A stretch of 64,000 bases of DNA from an uncultured delta proteobacterium. Lineage in GTDB: Bacteria; Myxococcota_A; UBA9160; UBA4427. The stretch spans positions 768,001-832,000 of the forward strand of contig CAWGJT010000006.1 of NCBI GenBank assembly GCA_963822965.1, read 5' to 3'. The translations under genes and the position numbers were made by a program. Under the pieces are notes generated by a model. The model made no database searches. It was not told the DNA's origin and saw nothing but the letters and a program-made list of their open reading frames with translations. This document shows positions 29,812 through 39,256 of this stretch, in pieces. Position 1 is the stretch's first letter. Each line of letters opens with the position of its first letter.

Positions 29812-31058
29812 CTAGGCCTCTTCCTCGAAGCGGCGGAAGACGAGGGAGGTGTTCACGCCGCCGAAGGCGAAGTTGTTGCTCATCACGACGCCGGGTGCCC
29901 ACCTCGCGCGGCGCGCCCATCACGTAGTCGAGCGCGCGCGCAGCGCGGGTCGACCTCGTCGAGGTTCAACGTCGGCGCGAGCCAGCCCGTCGCGCATCAT
30001 CTCGATGGTGATCCACGCCTCGAGGGCGCCGCAGGCGCCGAGCGTGTGCCCGATGTAGCCCTTCACCGTGCTGACGGGAACGCCGTCGCCGAAGACCGCG
30101 AAGGTGGCCTGGCTCTCGGCGACGTCGCCCACCTCGGTGGCGGTGCCGTGGGCGTTCACGTAGTCGATCTCCGAGGCCGCGCAGCCCGCGTCCTCGAGGG
30201 CGAGCCGCATCACGCGCTCCATGCTGCCGGCGTCGGGGTTGGTGACGTGCGCGCCGTCGCAGTTGGTCCCGTAGCCGATCACCTCGGCGAGGATCCGCGC
30301 GCCCCGGGCGCGGGCGTGCTCGAGCTCCTCGAGCACCAGGGTGCCGGCGCCCTCCCCCACCACCAGGCCGTCGCGCGCGGCGTCGAAGGGACGCGGCGTG
30401 GACTCGGGCTCGTCGTTGCGCGTCGAGGTGGCGTACAGGATGTCGAAGACCGCCGCGTCGATCTGGTGGAACTCCTCCGCGCCGCCGGTGATCATCACGT
30501 CCTGGCGCCCGAAGCGGATCGCCTCGTAGCCGTACCCGATGCCCTGGCTGCCGGACGTGCAGGCGCTGCAGGTCGGGCACGATGCGCCCGCGGATCCCGA
30601 AGAACTGCGCGATGTTGGCCGCGCACGTGTGGCTCATGAAGCGCACGTACTCGTTGGCGGTGATGCCCCGGGTGGTGCGCTCGTTCATGAAGTGCCGGGC
30701 GTACACCTCCATGGCCGGCGGGGAGCCGGACGTCGAGCCGTAGGCGATGCCCGTGCGCCCGCCGCCGAGCTCGGGATCGCCGAGCAGCCCGGCATCGCGA
30801 GAGCGCCAGCTCGCAGGCGCGCGTCGCGAGCAGCGCCACGCGTCCCATGCTGCGGGTCTTCTTTCGCGGGTAGCCCTCGGGCGTCACGAAGTCCGGGATC
30901 GGGGCGCCGAGCTGCGTCTTCAGACCGTCGACCTCGGCCCACCCCGGGATGCGCTGTACGCCCGACTTTCCCGCCCGCAGGCTTCCCCGGACCGTCTTCC
31001 AGTCTTGACCGACCGCGCACAGCCCGCCCATGCCGGTGACGACGACGCGGCGGCTCAT
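29812..31058 (-). CDS. Beta-ketoacyl-ACP synthase (FabF/ApeR-like), frameshifted
   Basis: MSRRVVVTGMG, SACTSGSQGIG, RPFDAARDGLVVGEG, YVNAHGTAT, KGYIGHTLGACG, SNNFAFGGVN. Confidence 0.92.
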
Positions 31059-31801
31059 GCGAGTCCCCCGTTCACCGAGAGAACCTGGCCGGTCACGTAG
31101 GCGGCCCCCTCGGAGAAGAGGAAGGCCACGGCCGCGGCCACCTCCTCCGGGCGTCCGAGACGCCGCATCGGGATCATCTTGCGGATCTCGTCCACCGGCG
31201 CCTCCACGGCCATGTCCGTCTCGATCAGCCCCGGGGCCACGCTGTTGACGGTGATTTCGCGCTTCGCGAGCTCCTGGGCCAGCGCGCGCGTGGCGCCGAT
31301 GAGCCCCGCCTTCGACGCGCTGTAGTTCACCTGCCCGCGGTTGCCCATCAGCCCCGAGACGGAGGACAGGGTGACGATGCGTCCTCCGCGCCGCGCCCGC
31401 ACCATGGGCATCACGAGGGGCCGCAGCACGTTGTAGAAGCCGTCGAGGTTCGTGTGGAGGACGGTGTCCCAGGCCTCCGGCTTCATGCCGGGAAAGGGCC
31501 CGTCGGCGGTGACCCCGGCGTTGCACACCACGCCCCAGTAGGGACCGTTCGCCTCGACGTCGGCGACGAGGGTGGCCGCGCAGGCCTCGCGATCGGCGAT
31601 GTCGAATCGGAGCAGCGGTCCCTCGCGGACGCTCGGCAGGTGCTCCTGGCGCTTGCGCACCTCGGTGCGGGTCTCGCGCGCCTGCTCCTCCCGGGATCGG
31701 TAGTGGATGGCGATCTCGAAGCCGTGGCTCGCCAGCTCGATCGCGATGGCGCGCCCGATCCCGCGGCTCGCGCCGGTCACCAGCACCCGCCGTTCAGCCA
31801 A
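31055..31801 (-). CDS. fabG: 3-oxoacyl-ACP reductase (FabG/ApeQ-like)
   Basis: VTGASRGIG, NAG, GNRGQVNYSASKAG. Confidence 0.93.
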   Translation of the reverse strand: MAERRVLVTGASRGIGRAIAIELASHGFEIAIHYRSREEQARETRTEVRKRQEHLPSVREGPLLRFDIADREACAATLVADVEANGPYWGVVCNAGVTADGPFPGMKPEAWDTVLHTNLDGFYNVLRPLVMPMVRARRGGRIVTLSSVSGLMGNRGQVNYSASKAGLIGATRALAQELAKREITVNSVAPGLIETDMAVEAPVDEIRKMIPMRRLGRPEEVAAAVAFLFSEGAAYVTGQVLSVNGGLA

Positions 31802-32657
31802 GACGTCCCTCCCCCAGCGCCCTCAGGTCTTCGGGAAGATAGGCGTTGATGCGCCCCGCGAGCAGGCGGCGCCCGCTGGGGACCTCGTACAGCTGGCAGT
31901 CGAAGGAAACCAGGCCCGTCTCGCCGCCCCAGACCTGGGCGGCGGAGACCGCGTAGTCGACACCCGGCTCCAGACGCTCCGCCCGGATCTCGAGCCGGCG
32001 ACAGCCGAGCAGGAAGCCTACCCGAGGCGCCTGACCGCGGCGGCGCGCCTCGCGACCGCCGTGCGCCGCGACGCACTGGGCCATGGGCTCGATGCCCGCC
32101 CAGGCGGGGAGCGTCCCGTCCGGGTCGCGGAAGAGCGTCAGATCTTCGACCCGCACGCCGCAGAAGGTCTGCTTCTCGTCGCCGGCGAGCACGTCGGTGA
32201 CGAAGACCATGGGCCCCGCGTGGGGGATCAGCTCGCGCGCCGGCGTCCGGGAGAGGCTCGGCAGGGGGGCGGCGACGACGCCCAGGCCCTCCGACGCCGG
32301 ACCGAGGCAGAAGCGGCAGGACGCGGCCGTACGCCCGGCCCGGCGCGCTTCGAAGCGCAGGACCTCGTCTCCGCTGGCCAGCTCGACCCGCGCCTCGACC
32401 TCTTCGCCGGGACCGATCAGCTCGCGGAACTTGAGCGCCTCGATGCGGGTGGGCGCGAGGCGGCGACCGACGAGCCGGGCCCCGGCCTCCGCCAGCCAGG
32501 CGAGCAGCGCCAGGCCCGGCAGCACCGGAAGGCCCGGAAAGTGCCCCTCGAGACAGGCGAGCGCCGGAGGCACGCGTAGTCGCTGCCAGAGGCTCACCGC
32601 ATCCCGGCGCTCCTCCAGGACCTGCAGCCGCTCGCTGGCGCTCGTCCCCGCCGTCAT
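31794..32657 (-). CDS. Fused double hotdog dehydratase (ApeI-like + ApeP-like)
   Basis: N-half GHFPGLPVLPG...LKFRELIGPG; C-half LIPHAGPM...WAGIEPMAQ...GFLLGCR. ATGA coupling at 32654-32657. Confidence 0.85.
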   Translation of the reverse strand: MTAGTSASERLQVLEERRDAVSLWQRLRVPPALACLEGHFPGLPVLPGLALLAWLAEAGARLVGRRLAPTRIEALKFRELIGPGEEVEARVELASGDEVLRFEARRAGRTAASCRFCLGPASEGLGVVAAPLPSLSRTPARELIPHAGPMVFVTDVLAGDEKQTFCGVRVEDLTLFRDPDGTLPAWAGIEPMAQCVAAHGGREARRRGQAPRVGFLLGCRRLEIRAERLEPGVDYAVSAAQVWGGETGLVSFDCQLYEVPSGRRLLAGRINAYLPEDLRALGEGRLG

Positions 32658-33322
32658 GCGTCCTTCCCGGGCTCCTCGCCCGACCCGTGCGCGGAAGGCT
32701 GCGGGTCGGCGTTCGCCACCCCCACCCGCGGCGGGAAGACGCGCTCGAGCAGGGGATTCAGGAAGCCCCCGGTGTAGCGGCGGAACCGCCACGTGCGGTA
32801 GAGGAACTCCAGCGTGAAGAGCGTACCCATCAGCAGGTACGACAAAAAGCCCGTGTAGAACGTCCACGCACCCAGCGAGCCGCGAATCGCCAGCACCAGG
32901 GCGACGAGGCCGTTCACGACGAAGAACCCGCACCAGACCCGCGTGACGCCCACCGCGTAGTGGATCTCGGCCTCGCTCAGGTGGTCGACCTGCAGGCGCG
33001 CGAACGTCTCGATCATCGACGGTCCCCGGCGCAGGGTGTGGGCGAAGGTGCCGAGCAGCGCCGCATTGACGAGCGCCGGCACGAAGAGGAAGACCCGCCC
33101 CTCGTTGAACACCGCGGTCACCACCAGCACGCAGGCCACGGCCGCCGGCGCCAGCATGAGCCGCGCGAGATCCACCCCCTCGCGGGCGCGCGCAAGGGCG
33201 ACCACGCGCACGATCACGCCCACGGCCAGGGCCAGGGCCAGGGTCCTGGGCTGGAAGACCGACAGCCCCGCGTAGATCAGGAAGGGATAGGCGAGACCGA
33301 ACGCAACCGCGAGCACCTTCAC
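32654..33322 (-). CDS. COG4648/ApeG-like membrane protein
   Basis: YPFLIY, PALVN, PSMIETFARL, VTRVWCGFF..NG, WTFYTG. Confidence 0.85.
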   Translation of the reverse strand: MKVLAVAFGLAYPFLIYAGLSVFQPRTLALALAVGVIVRVVALARAREGVDLARLMLAPAAVACVLVVTAVFNEGRVFLFVPALVNAALLGTFAHTLRRGPSMIETFARLQVDHLSEAEIHYAVGVTRVWCGFFVVNGLVALVLAIRGSLGAWTFYTGFLSYLLMGTLFTLEFLYRTWRFRRYTGGFLNPLLERVFPPRVGVANADPQPSAHGSGEEPGKDA

Positions 33323-33343
33323 CGGGCGGCGATGCGACGCGGC

Positions 33344-33616
33344 TCAGGACGACGCAGCAGTGGGGGTCTGCGCATCCAGGTGGGCGTAAACGAGGTCGAC
33401 CACGTCCTGCACCAGTCGAAGGGAGCGAAGCTGCTTCTCCTCGAGATCGAGCCCCACCCGCTCCTCGAGCTTCACGGCCAGGTCGATCGCATCGATGCTG
33501 TCGAGATCCAGATCCTCGATGAGGTGGGATTCGGGCAGCACCTCGGCCGGAGCGAACTCGAACTCCCGGCAGAGGATGTCCCGCACCTCCTCGAAGATCT
33601 CGTCCTTCGTCTGCAT
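33344..33616 (-). CDS. Acyl carrier protein (ApeF-like)
   Basis: DLDLDSIDAIDL phosphopantetheine site. Confidence 0.93.
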   Translation of the reverse strand: MQTKDEIFEEVRDILCREFEFAPAEVLPESHLIEDLDLDSIDAIDLAVKLEERVGLDLEEKQLRSLRLVQDVVDLVYAHLDAQTPTAASS

Positions 33617-33702
33617 TTCCCTCGACTGCCCTCGCTACCGTTCGTGTCCGAGGCTCCGGGGCGCTCCGCGCACGTCCGGCCCTACCCGTTCTGCTCCGCG
33701 CG

Positions 33703-33978
33703 TCAGGCCGCGCGATTCTCCGCGACGAACTCCGCCAGGCTGGCCACCGAAGCGAAGATCTTCTTGTTCCGCTCGGCGTCGTCCTCGATCTGCACCCCGT
33801 ACCGCTCCTCGATCACCATCGTGATCTCGAGGGCGTCGATGGAATCCAGGCCGAGCCCCTCCACGAAGAGCGGGTCTCCGGTCACGATCTCGTCCGGCTC
33901 GATGTCCTCGAGGGCGAGCGCCTCGATGATCAGCTTCTTCAGCTCCAGCTCGAGCGCCGCCTGCGAACCGTCAGACAT
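33703..33978 (-). CDS. Acyl carrier protein (ApeE-like)
   Basis: LELELKKLIIEAL, GLGLDSIDALE, FASVASLAEFV. Confidence 0.93.
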   Translation of the reverse strand: MSDGSQAALELELKKLIIEALALEDIEPDEIVTGDPLFVEGLGLDSIDALEITMVIEERYGVQIEDDAERNKKIFASVASLAEFVAENRAA

Positions 33979-34756
33979 ACCCCAGTCTCTCCTCGAATCC
34001 GGCCCGCCAGGTCGCACTGAGGCGCCGCGCCGCCGAGGCTTCCGACCCCTCCGGCGGCTCCGGAGCCGCCGCCGGCCCAGGCACCGGCTCCGGCTCGTGA
34101 GCCGTTACCGTATAGCAGGGAAGGTCGTCGGGGACTTGATACCACGGGTCTCCCTTGCCGAGGAAGGGCGGCCGGCAGTCGATGTCCACCTGCAGCACCG
34201 GGCACCGGGCCTGCAGCGCGATGCGCGCCGCACCGCGCTTGAAGTCCCGGAGCTGTCCTTTCGGGGATCGCGTCCCCTCGGGAAACAAAATCAAGGTTCC
34301 TCCCGCGCGCAGCCTCGCGACGCACGCCTCGATCAAGGCCTCGCCGTCGTCGTTCGGAATGTAGTCGGCCGCGCGCATCACGCCGCCGAGGAACGGATTC
34401 GACCACGCGGCGCGCTTCACGACGCACTCCGCGTCGGGAATCCAGCCAGCGAGAATGACCACGTCGAGCAGCGTCGGATGATTGGCGATCACCAGCATCG
34501 GCCCCTGCCGGTCGAGGCGTTCCCGATGGTGCCAGCGGACACCGATGGCCCGGAGGCCCACGAGCATCTCGATGAAGAGGCGGAACGAGCGCGCGATCAG
34601 CGCTCGCGTGCGCCGGATCCGCGCCGTCCGGTCGCGTGTGCAGAGCCGGATCAGCGGAAATCCCACCCCCACCAGCGCCAGGGAGCCGATCCCGAACACG
34701 ACGAAGCCGATCCCCGAGGCCAGGGCGCGAAACGAGCGGGGCGGCAGGAACGTCAT
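33971..34756 (-). CDS. Lysophospholipid acyltransferase (ApeD-like)
   Basis: ANHPTLLD, LFPEGTRS, FKRGAA. Confidence 0.92.
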   Translation of the reverse strand: MTFLPPRSFRALASGIGFVVFGIGSLALVGVGFPLIRLCTRDRTARIRRTRALIARSFRLFIEMLVGLRAIGVRWHHRERLDRQGPMLVIANHPTLLDVVILAGWIPDAECVVKRAAWSNPFLGGVMRAADYIPNDDGEALIEACVARLRAGGTLILFPEGTRSPKGQLRDFKRGAARIALQARCPVLQVDIDCRPPFLGKGDPWYQVPDDLPCYTVTAHEPEPVPGPAAAPEPPEGSEASAARRLSATWRAGFEERLGYV

Positions 34757-34867
34757 CGGGCTCCCGGATCGGGCCGTCGCCGGCGGTGAGCCCGCGCCAC
34801 CGCGCGTCGCCCCCGGCCACGCCTATCCTAACATGACGCCCCCTCCCCGCCGGGCCAGGAGACCCGC

Positions 34868-35569
34868 ATGACACTCGTCGCGAGCCGATCCCTCGCGCTC
34901 GCCCTCGCCCTCGCCTGCCTCGCCGCACGCTCCGCCGCCGACGGGCGCGGCCAGGCGAGCCCGGCCGCAACGGATCCCGGGGCGCCGGCCGCGAGCCTGG
35001 AGTCGCTGGTGGCGCGCTTCCGCGCCATGCCGGGGTTCTCGGCCGCCTTCGACGAGGAGAAGCGGATCGCCCTCCTCGAACGCCCCCTGCGCTCGCGGGG
35101 CAACGTGTACTTCATCCCGCCGGATCGACTGCTGCGACGCGTGAGCGAGCCCACCCCCTCCCTGCTGCGACTGGATGCCGATCGCCTCGTCTACGTGGAC
35201 GCCGCCGGCAGCGAGACCTTCGACCTGGGCGCGAGCCCGGTCGCACGCGTCTTCGCCCACACCTTCACGGACATCCTCGCCGGCAATCTGGAACGCCTGC
35301 GTCAGACCTACGCGATCGAGTTCCGACCCGAAGGCACCGGGCCGGCGACCGACGACAGCGCGTGGCGGATCGAGCTCGAGCCCCGGGAGCCCGCCCTGGC
35401 CGGCGCCATCGAGGCCATCCGCGTGCGCGGCCACGGGCTCCGGGTGGTCGATCTCGTGGTGCGCGAGCGCGGCGGGGACACCACCCAAACCCGGTTCCGG
35501 GACGTGGACGCGCGCCACCGCTTCGAGGACGCGGAGATCGACCGACTGCTCCGCCCACCGTCGCCTTGA
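34868..35569 (+). CDS. LolA-like lipoprotein carrier (ApeL-like)
   Basis: Signal peptide; F.EEKRIALLERPLRSRG, WRIELEP, ERGGDTT..RF. Confidence 0.85.
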   Translation: MTLVASRSLALALALACLAARSAADGRGQASPAATDPGAPAASLESLVARFRAMPGFSAAFDEEKRIALLERPLRSRGNVYFIPPDRLLRRVSEPTPSLLRLDADRLVYVDAAGSETFDLGASPVARVFAHTFTDILAGNLERLRQTYAIEFRPEGTGPATDDSAWRIELEPREPALAGAIEAIRVRGHGLRVVDLVVRERGGDTTQTRFRDVDARHRFEDAEIDRLLRPPSP

Positions 35570-37986
35570 AGCGCGGCCGCCTGCGCGTCGCGCTCGCCAT
35601 GCTCGCCTTCACCGCGGTCGGCGCCTTCTGCGCCCTTCGTTTCCAGGTCTCGAACGACATCACGGACTTCCTGCACGCGCCGGGAAGCGCGGCGGAAGGG
35701 GCCCTGTCGCGACGGCTCACGCGTTCGGACGTGACCCGCACGATGGTGCTGTCCATCTCAGCGCCGGACGTCTCCGTGGCGCTGCGGGCCGCCGGCGAGC
35801 TCGCTGAGCGGCTGGCGGGCGATCCGGCGGTGGCCTGGGTGAGCGCCGGGCCCGATCCCGAGCTGCCGGCGCTGCTACGGGACCTGTACTTCGCACACCG
35901 CTACCAGCTCCTGTCCGACGACCCGGAGATCGAGCTCCCGCCGCGTCTCAGCGACGAGGGGCTCGCCCGGGCGGCCCGCGAGCTGGAGCGGGCGGTAACC
36001 GGCCCGCTCGCTCCGCTCGTCAAGAGCATCGCCCCGGCGGACCCGCTGCTGGCGTTTCCGGCCCTGCTGCGGCGCCTGCAGGACGCGGGCACGCCGAGCC
36101 TGCAGCTGCGGGACGGTCGCTTCCTGAGCCGGGACGGCACGCGCGCCATCGTGTTCGTGGGCAGCGCGTACCCGGCCCTCGACGCCGCCCGGCAGGCTCC
36201 GCTGCTCGCCCGGCTGGACCGGGAGTTCACCCGGCTCGACGACGAGGCCGGCGGCACGCTGGGGCTCGAGCTGAGTGCGGTCCAGCGCTTCGCGGTGCGC
36301 GCCGAGCAGGCCATGAGGCGGGACATCACCCGGATCTCCCTGCTCTCGACCGCCGGCATCCTCTGCCTCTTCCTCTTCGTGTTCCGCTCGCCCCGGTTGA
36401 TCGCGGTGGCCTCCCTTCCCCTGGCGGCGGGACTCGCCAGCGGCCTGGCGGCCTGCCTGCTGCTCTTCGGAAGGGTGAACGGCCTCACCCTGGCCTTCGG
36501 CGGCGCGCTGGTGGGGGTGTGCATCGACTATCCGATCCACCTGCTGGCCCACTGGCTGATGGAGGACGAAGCGGACGACGCCACGGGCGCGCTGGCCGGG
36601 ATCTGGCCGGGTATCCGTCTCGGCGCGGCGACGAGCTTCGTGGGCTTCGCCGCCCTGGCGGGCGCGGGCTTCCCGGGAATCCAGGAGATCGGGATCTTCG
36701 CCGGCGCGGGCATCGTGGGCGCCGTCGCGATGACCGCGGTGGCGGTGCCGTTCCTCGTCCCACGCCGACGCCGCACCGGGGCCGGCGCGCCGCCGCCCGT
36801 GCGCTGGGCGGGCGCCCTCGCGCGAGGCATCGAGCGGCTGGCCACGCGGCGCGGGCTGGCGGCGGTCCTACCGGTGGGGGCGCTCCTCGTGTGCGCCGCC
36901 GGCCTGCCCGGGATGCGCTGGACGGACGACGTGGCGGCCCTGAGCCCCATCGATCCGCACCTCGCCGCCGAGGAGGCCCGGGTTCGCGAGCAGGTGCTCG
37001 GGGCCGAGACGAGCCGGGTGGTGATCGCCCTGGGGCGGGACGAGGAGGAAGCGCTGCAGCGCAACGACCGCGTCGCGCGCGCCCTGGATGCCCTCGTCAC
37101 GGAGGGGGTCCTGAGCGAGTACCGCTCCCTGCACAGCTTCGTCTGGTCGGCGGCCCTGCAGCGCCGCAACCGATCGGTGCTGGCCGCGGCGCCGGATCTC
37201 GGACCGCGTCTGCTCGAAGCCCTGGAACGCCAGGGCTTCCGGCCCGCCGCCTTCCGGCCCTTCGTCGAGTCGCTGGCCGAAGAGGCGCCGCCGCTGCGCA
37301 TCGACGACGTGGCGCGGTCACCCATCGGCCACTGGATCGCGCCCTTCGTTCTGCCGCCGGACACCCGAGGCGGCGTGTCCGGCGCCGAGGTCGCCCTCGT
37401 CAGCCTGGTGCGAGGGCTCTCGGACCCCGGCGCCCTGACCCGGGCCCTCGCCCCCATCGACGGGGCGGTCTACCTGGACCAGTTCGCGAGACTCGAGCAG
37501 GGCTACCGGGACCTGCGCCGCGCCGCCCTGCGCTACGTGGGTCTGGGCGTCGTGGCCGTCCTGGTCCTGCTGTGGCTCCACTACCGATCGCTCGCCGCCA
37601 CCGGCGTGGCCCTCCTGCCCGCCCTGCTGGCGTGCGGACTCACCGCCGGCTCGCTGTCGCTCATGGGGCACCCGTTGAATCTCGTACACCTGTTCGGACT
37701 GCTGCTGGTCCTGGGCATGGGCGTCGACTACGGCGTGTTCCTGGCGGAGAGCGCGCGCCTGCGCGAGAGCCCCGAGGCACTGGGCGCCACCGCCCTGGGA
37801 CTGGTGCTGTCCTGCACCACCTCGGTGCTGGGCCTCGGGCTGCTGGCCCTCTCGAGCAATCCGGGGCTGCGCGCGCTGGGCGTCACCACGGCACTGGGCG
37901 TCGTGTCCAGCCTGCTCCTCGGCCCGGCGGTGCTGGCGCTGCTGGGGGGCCGGGACGTCGTGCGAGCGTCGGGAGGGCGCGCGTGA
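35566..37986 (+). CDS. MMPL/RND-family exporter (ApeM-like)
   Basis: Multiple TM segments; GVCIDYPIH and LGMGVDYGVF motifs; coupled to both neighbours. Confidence 0.9.
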   Translation: MKRGRLRVALAMLAFTAVGAFCALRFQVSNDITDFLHAPGSAAEGALSRRLTRSDVTRTMVLSISAPDVSVALRAAGELAERLAGDPAVAWVSAGPDPELPALLRDLYFAHRYQLLSDDPEIELPPRLSDEGLARAARELERAVTGPLAPLVKSIAPADPLLAFPALLRRLQDAGTPSLQLRDGRFLSRDGTRAIVFVGSAYPALDAARQAPLLARLDREFTRLDDEAGGTLGLELSAVQRFAVRAEQAMRRDITRISLLSTAGILCLFLFVFRSPRLIAVASLPLAAGLASGLAACLLLFGRVNGLTLAFGGALVGVCIDYPIHLLAHWLMEDEADDATGALAGIWPGIRLGAATSFVGFAALAGAGFPGIQEIGIFAGAGIVGAVAMTAVAVPFLVPRRRRTGAGAPPPVRWAGALARGIERLATRRGLAAVLPVGALLVCAAGLPGMRWTDDVAALSPIDPHLAAEEARVREQVLGAETSRVVIALGRDEEEALQRNDRVARALDALVTEGVLSEYRSLHSFVWSAALQRRNRSVLAAAPDLGPRLLEALERQGFRPAAFRPFVESLAEEAPPLRIDDVARSPIGHWIAPFVLPPDTRGGVSGAEVALVSLVRGLSDPGALTRALAPIDGAVYLDQFARLEQGYRDLRRAALRYVGLGVVAVLVLLWLHYRSLAATGVALLPALLACGLTAGSLSLMGHPLNLVHLFGLLLVLGMGVDYGVFLAESARLRESPEALGATALGLVLSCTTSVLGLGLLALSSNPGLRALGVTTALGVVSSLLLGPAVLALLGGRDVVRASGGRA

Positions 37987-38615
37987 GGGCAGCGCGCCGC
38001 CTCGTGGGGGGTCTCGGGCTCGGGGCGGTCGCCCTCGCGCTGGCCTGCGCGACGCCGAGACCCGAGGCGCCGGCGACCGGTGAGGGGCTGGGACGAAACT
38101 TCTTCGTCCGCCAGCACCTGACGGCCCGCTTCTCCGACGAAGAGCGGCGCTTCGACACGGCGCTGCAGTCCCGCTGTGGCGAGCTGCGCCTCGTGGGGCT
38201 CACACCATTCGGCGTACGGCTCTTCACCGCCGTCCGCCGGAACGGGCAGCTCGACGTCGAGACCCTGACGGGGCAGCCCCTGCCCTTCTCCCCCGAGCAC
38301 GTGCTGCGGGACATCGAGCGAACGTTCTTCCGCTCGCCACCCCCGGGCGCCGGCACGAGCGGGACGCGCGTGGTCACGTGGGCCGGGGAAGCCGTACGCG
38401 AGACCTTCCGCAACGGCACCCTCGTGTCGCGGGAGATCGCGGTCGAAGCCGACGCCGCACCGGGCCACGGCGGTCCGCTCGTCATCCGCTACCTCGGCCC
38501 CTTCGGACCCGCCGGCATCTCCGAGCGCGTAGAGCTCTCCAATCCCGCCTTCGGCTACGTTCTGGACATCCGCAACTACGAGATCGAGGAGCTCGAATGC
38601 CGCGACGCCCCGTGA
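37983..38615 (+). CDS. DUF3261-like lipoprotein (ApeN-like)
   Basis: Lipobox ALAC; LRLVGLTPFGVRLF, PEHVLRDI. Confidence 0.8.
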   Translation: MRAARRLVGGLGLGAVALALACATPRPEAPATGEGLGRNFFVRQHLTARFSDEERRFDTALQSRCGELRLVGLTPFGVRLFTAVRRNGQLDVETLTGQPLPFSPEHVLRDIERTFFRSPPPGAGTSGTRVVTWAGEAVRETFRNGTLVSREIAVEADAAPGHGGPLVIRYLGPFGPAGISERVELSNPAFGYVLDIRNYEIEELECRDAP

Positions 38616-39055
38616 AGTCGTGCGCCCCGATCCGCGCGCTGCTCGTGCTCGCGGCGATCGCCACCGGCTGCCAGACGCAGCCGATCTACGAGGTGGATCA
38701 GGCCATCATCCCCAACGATCCGACCTGGACCCTCCAGGACATGACGCTCGCGATCCAACGCGCCGGCGCGCGCCGCGGCTGGGACATGCGCATCCTCGGG
38801 CCGGGTCACATCGAAGGCCGGCTGCGCAAGCCGGACGCGAAGGCGGTGATCGACGTGACCTATCGCCGATACGAGTTCAGCATCCACTACAAGAGCAGCG
38901 AGAATCTCGAGCACTCGGGCGACCGCATCAGCAACAGCTACAACCGCTGGGTCTACAACCTGGAGCGCGACATCCGGCGCGAGTTCCTGCGCATGCGGCC
39001 GACCGAGCCGGCGGCTCCGGGGCCCGGCCGCGCGCCGGGACGGGCGGGGCGGTGA
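38612..39055 (+). CDS. Conserved lipoprotein (family often found beside ape clusters)
   Basis: Lipobox ATGC; AGARRGW, Y.SS.NL, YNRWVYNLERDI. Confidence 0.8.
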   Translation: MKSCAPIRALLVLAAIATGCQTQPIYEVDQAIIPNDPTWTLQDMTLAIQRAGARRGWDMRILGPGHIEGRLRKPDAKAVIDVTYRRYEFSIHYKSSENLEHSGDRISNSYNRWVYNLERDIRREFLRMRPTEPAAPGPGRAPGRAGR

Positions 39056-39256
39056 CGCGCTCGGCGAGCCTTCAAGGCCCGGCGCCCCCGCTCCGATAGG
39101 CCTGGAGAGCCCGGGGCGCGGGACCGGAACCCTGCGGGTCGCCCGGGGCACCCAGAAGCGGGGGCGCCGGCTGCTACGCTCCGAGGCGCCGTCCGACCCC
39201 GCGATCGGTGCCAGCTTCGGCTGCGCATGCCCGAGAAAGAGAACGGAGGCCCCTCG

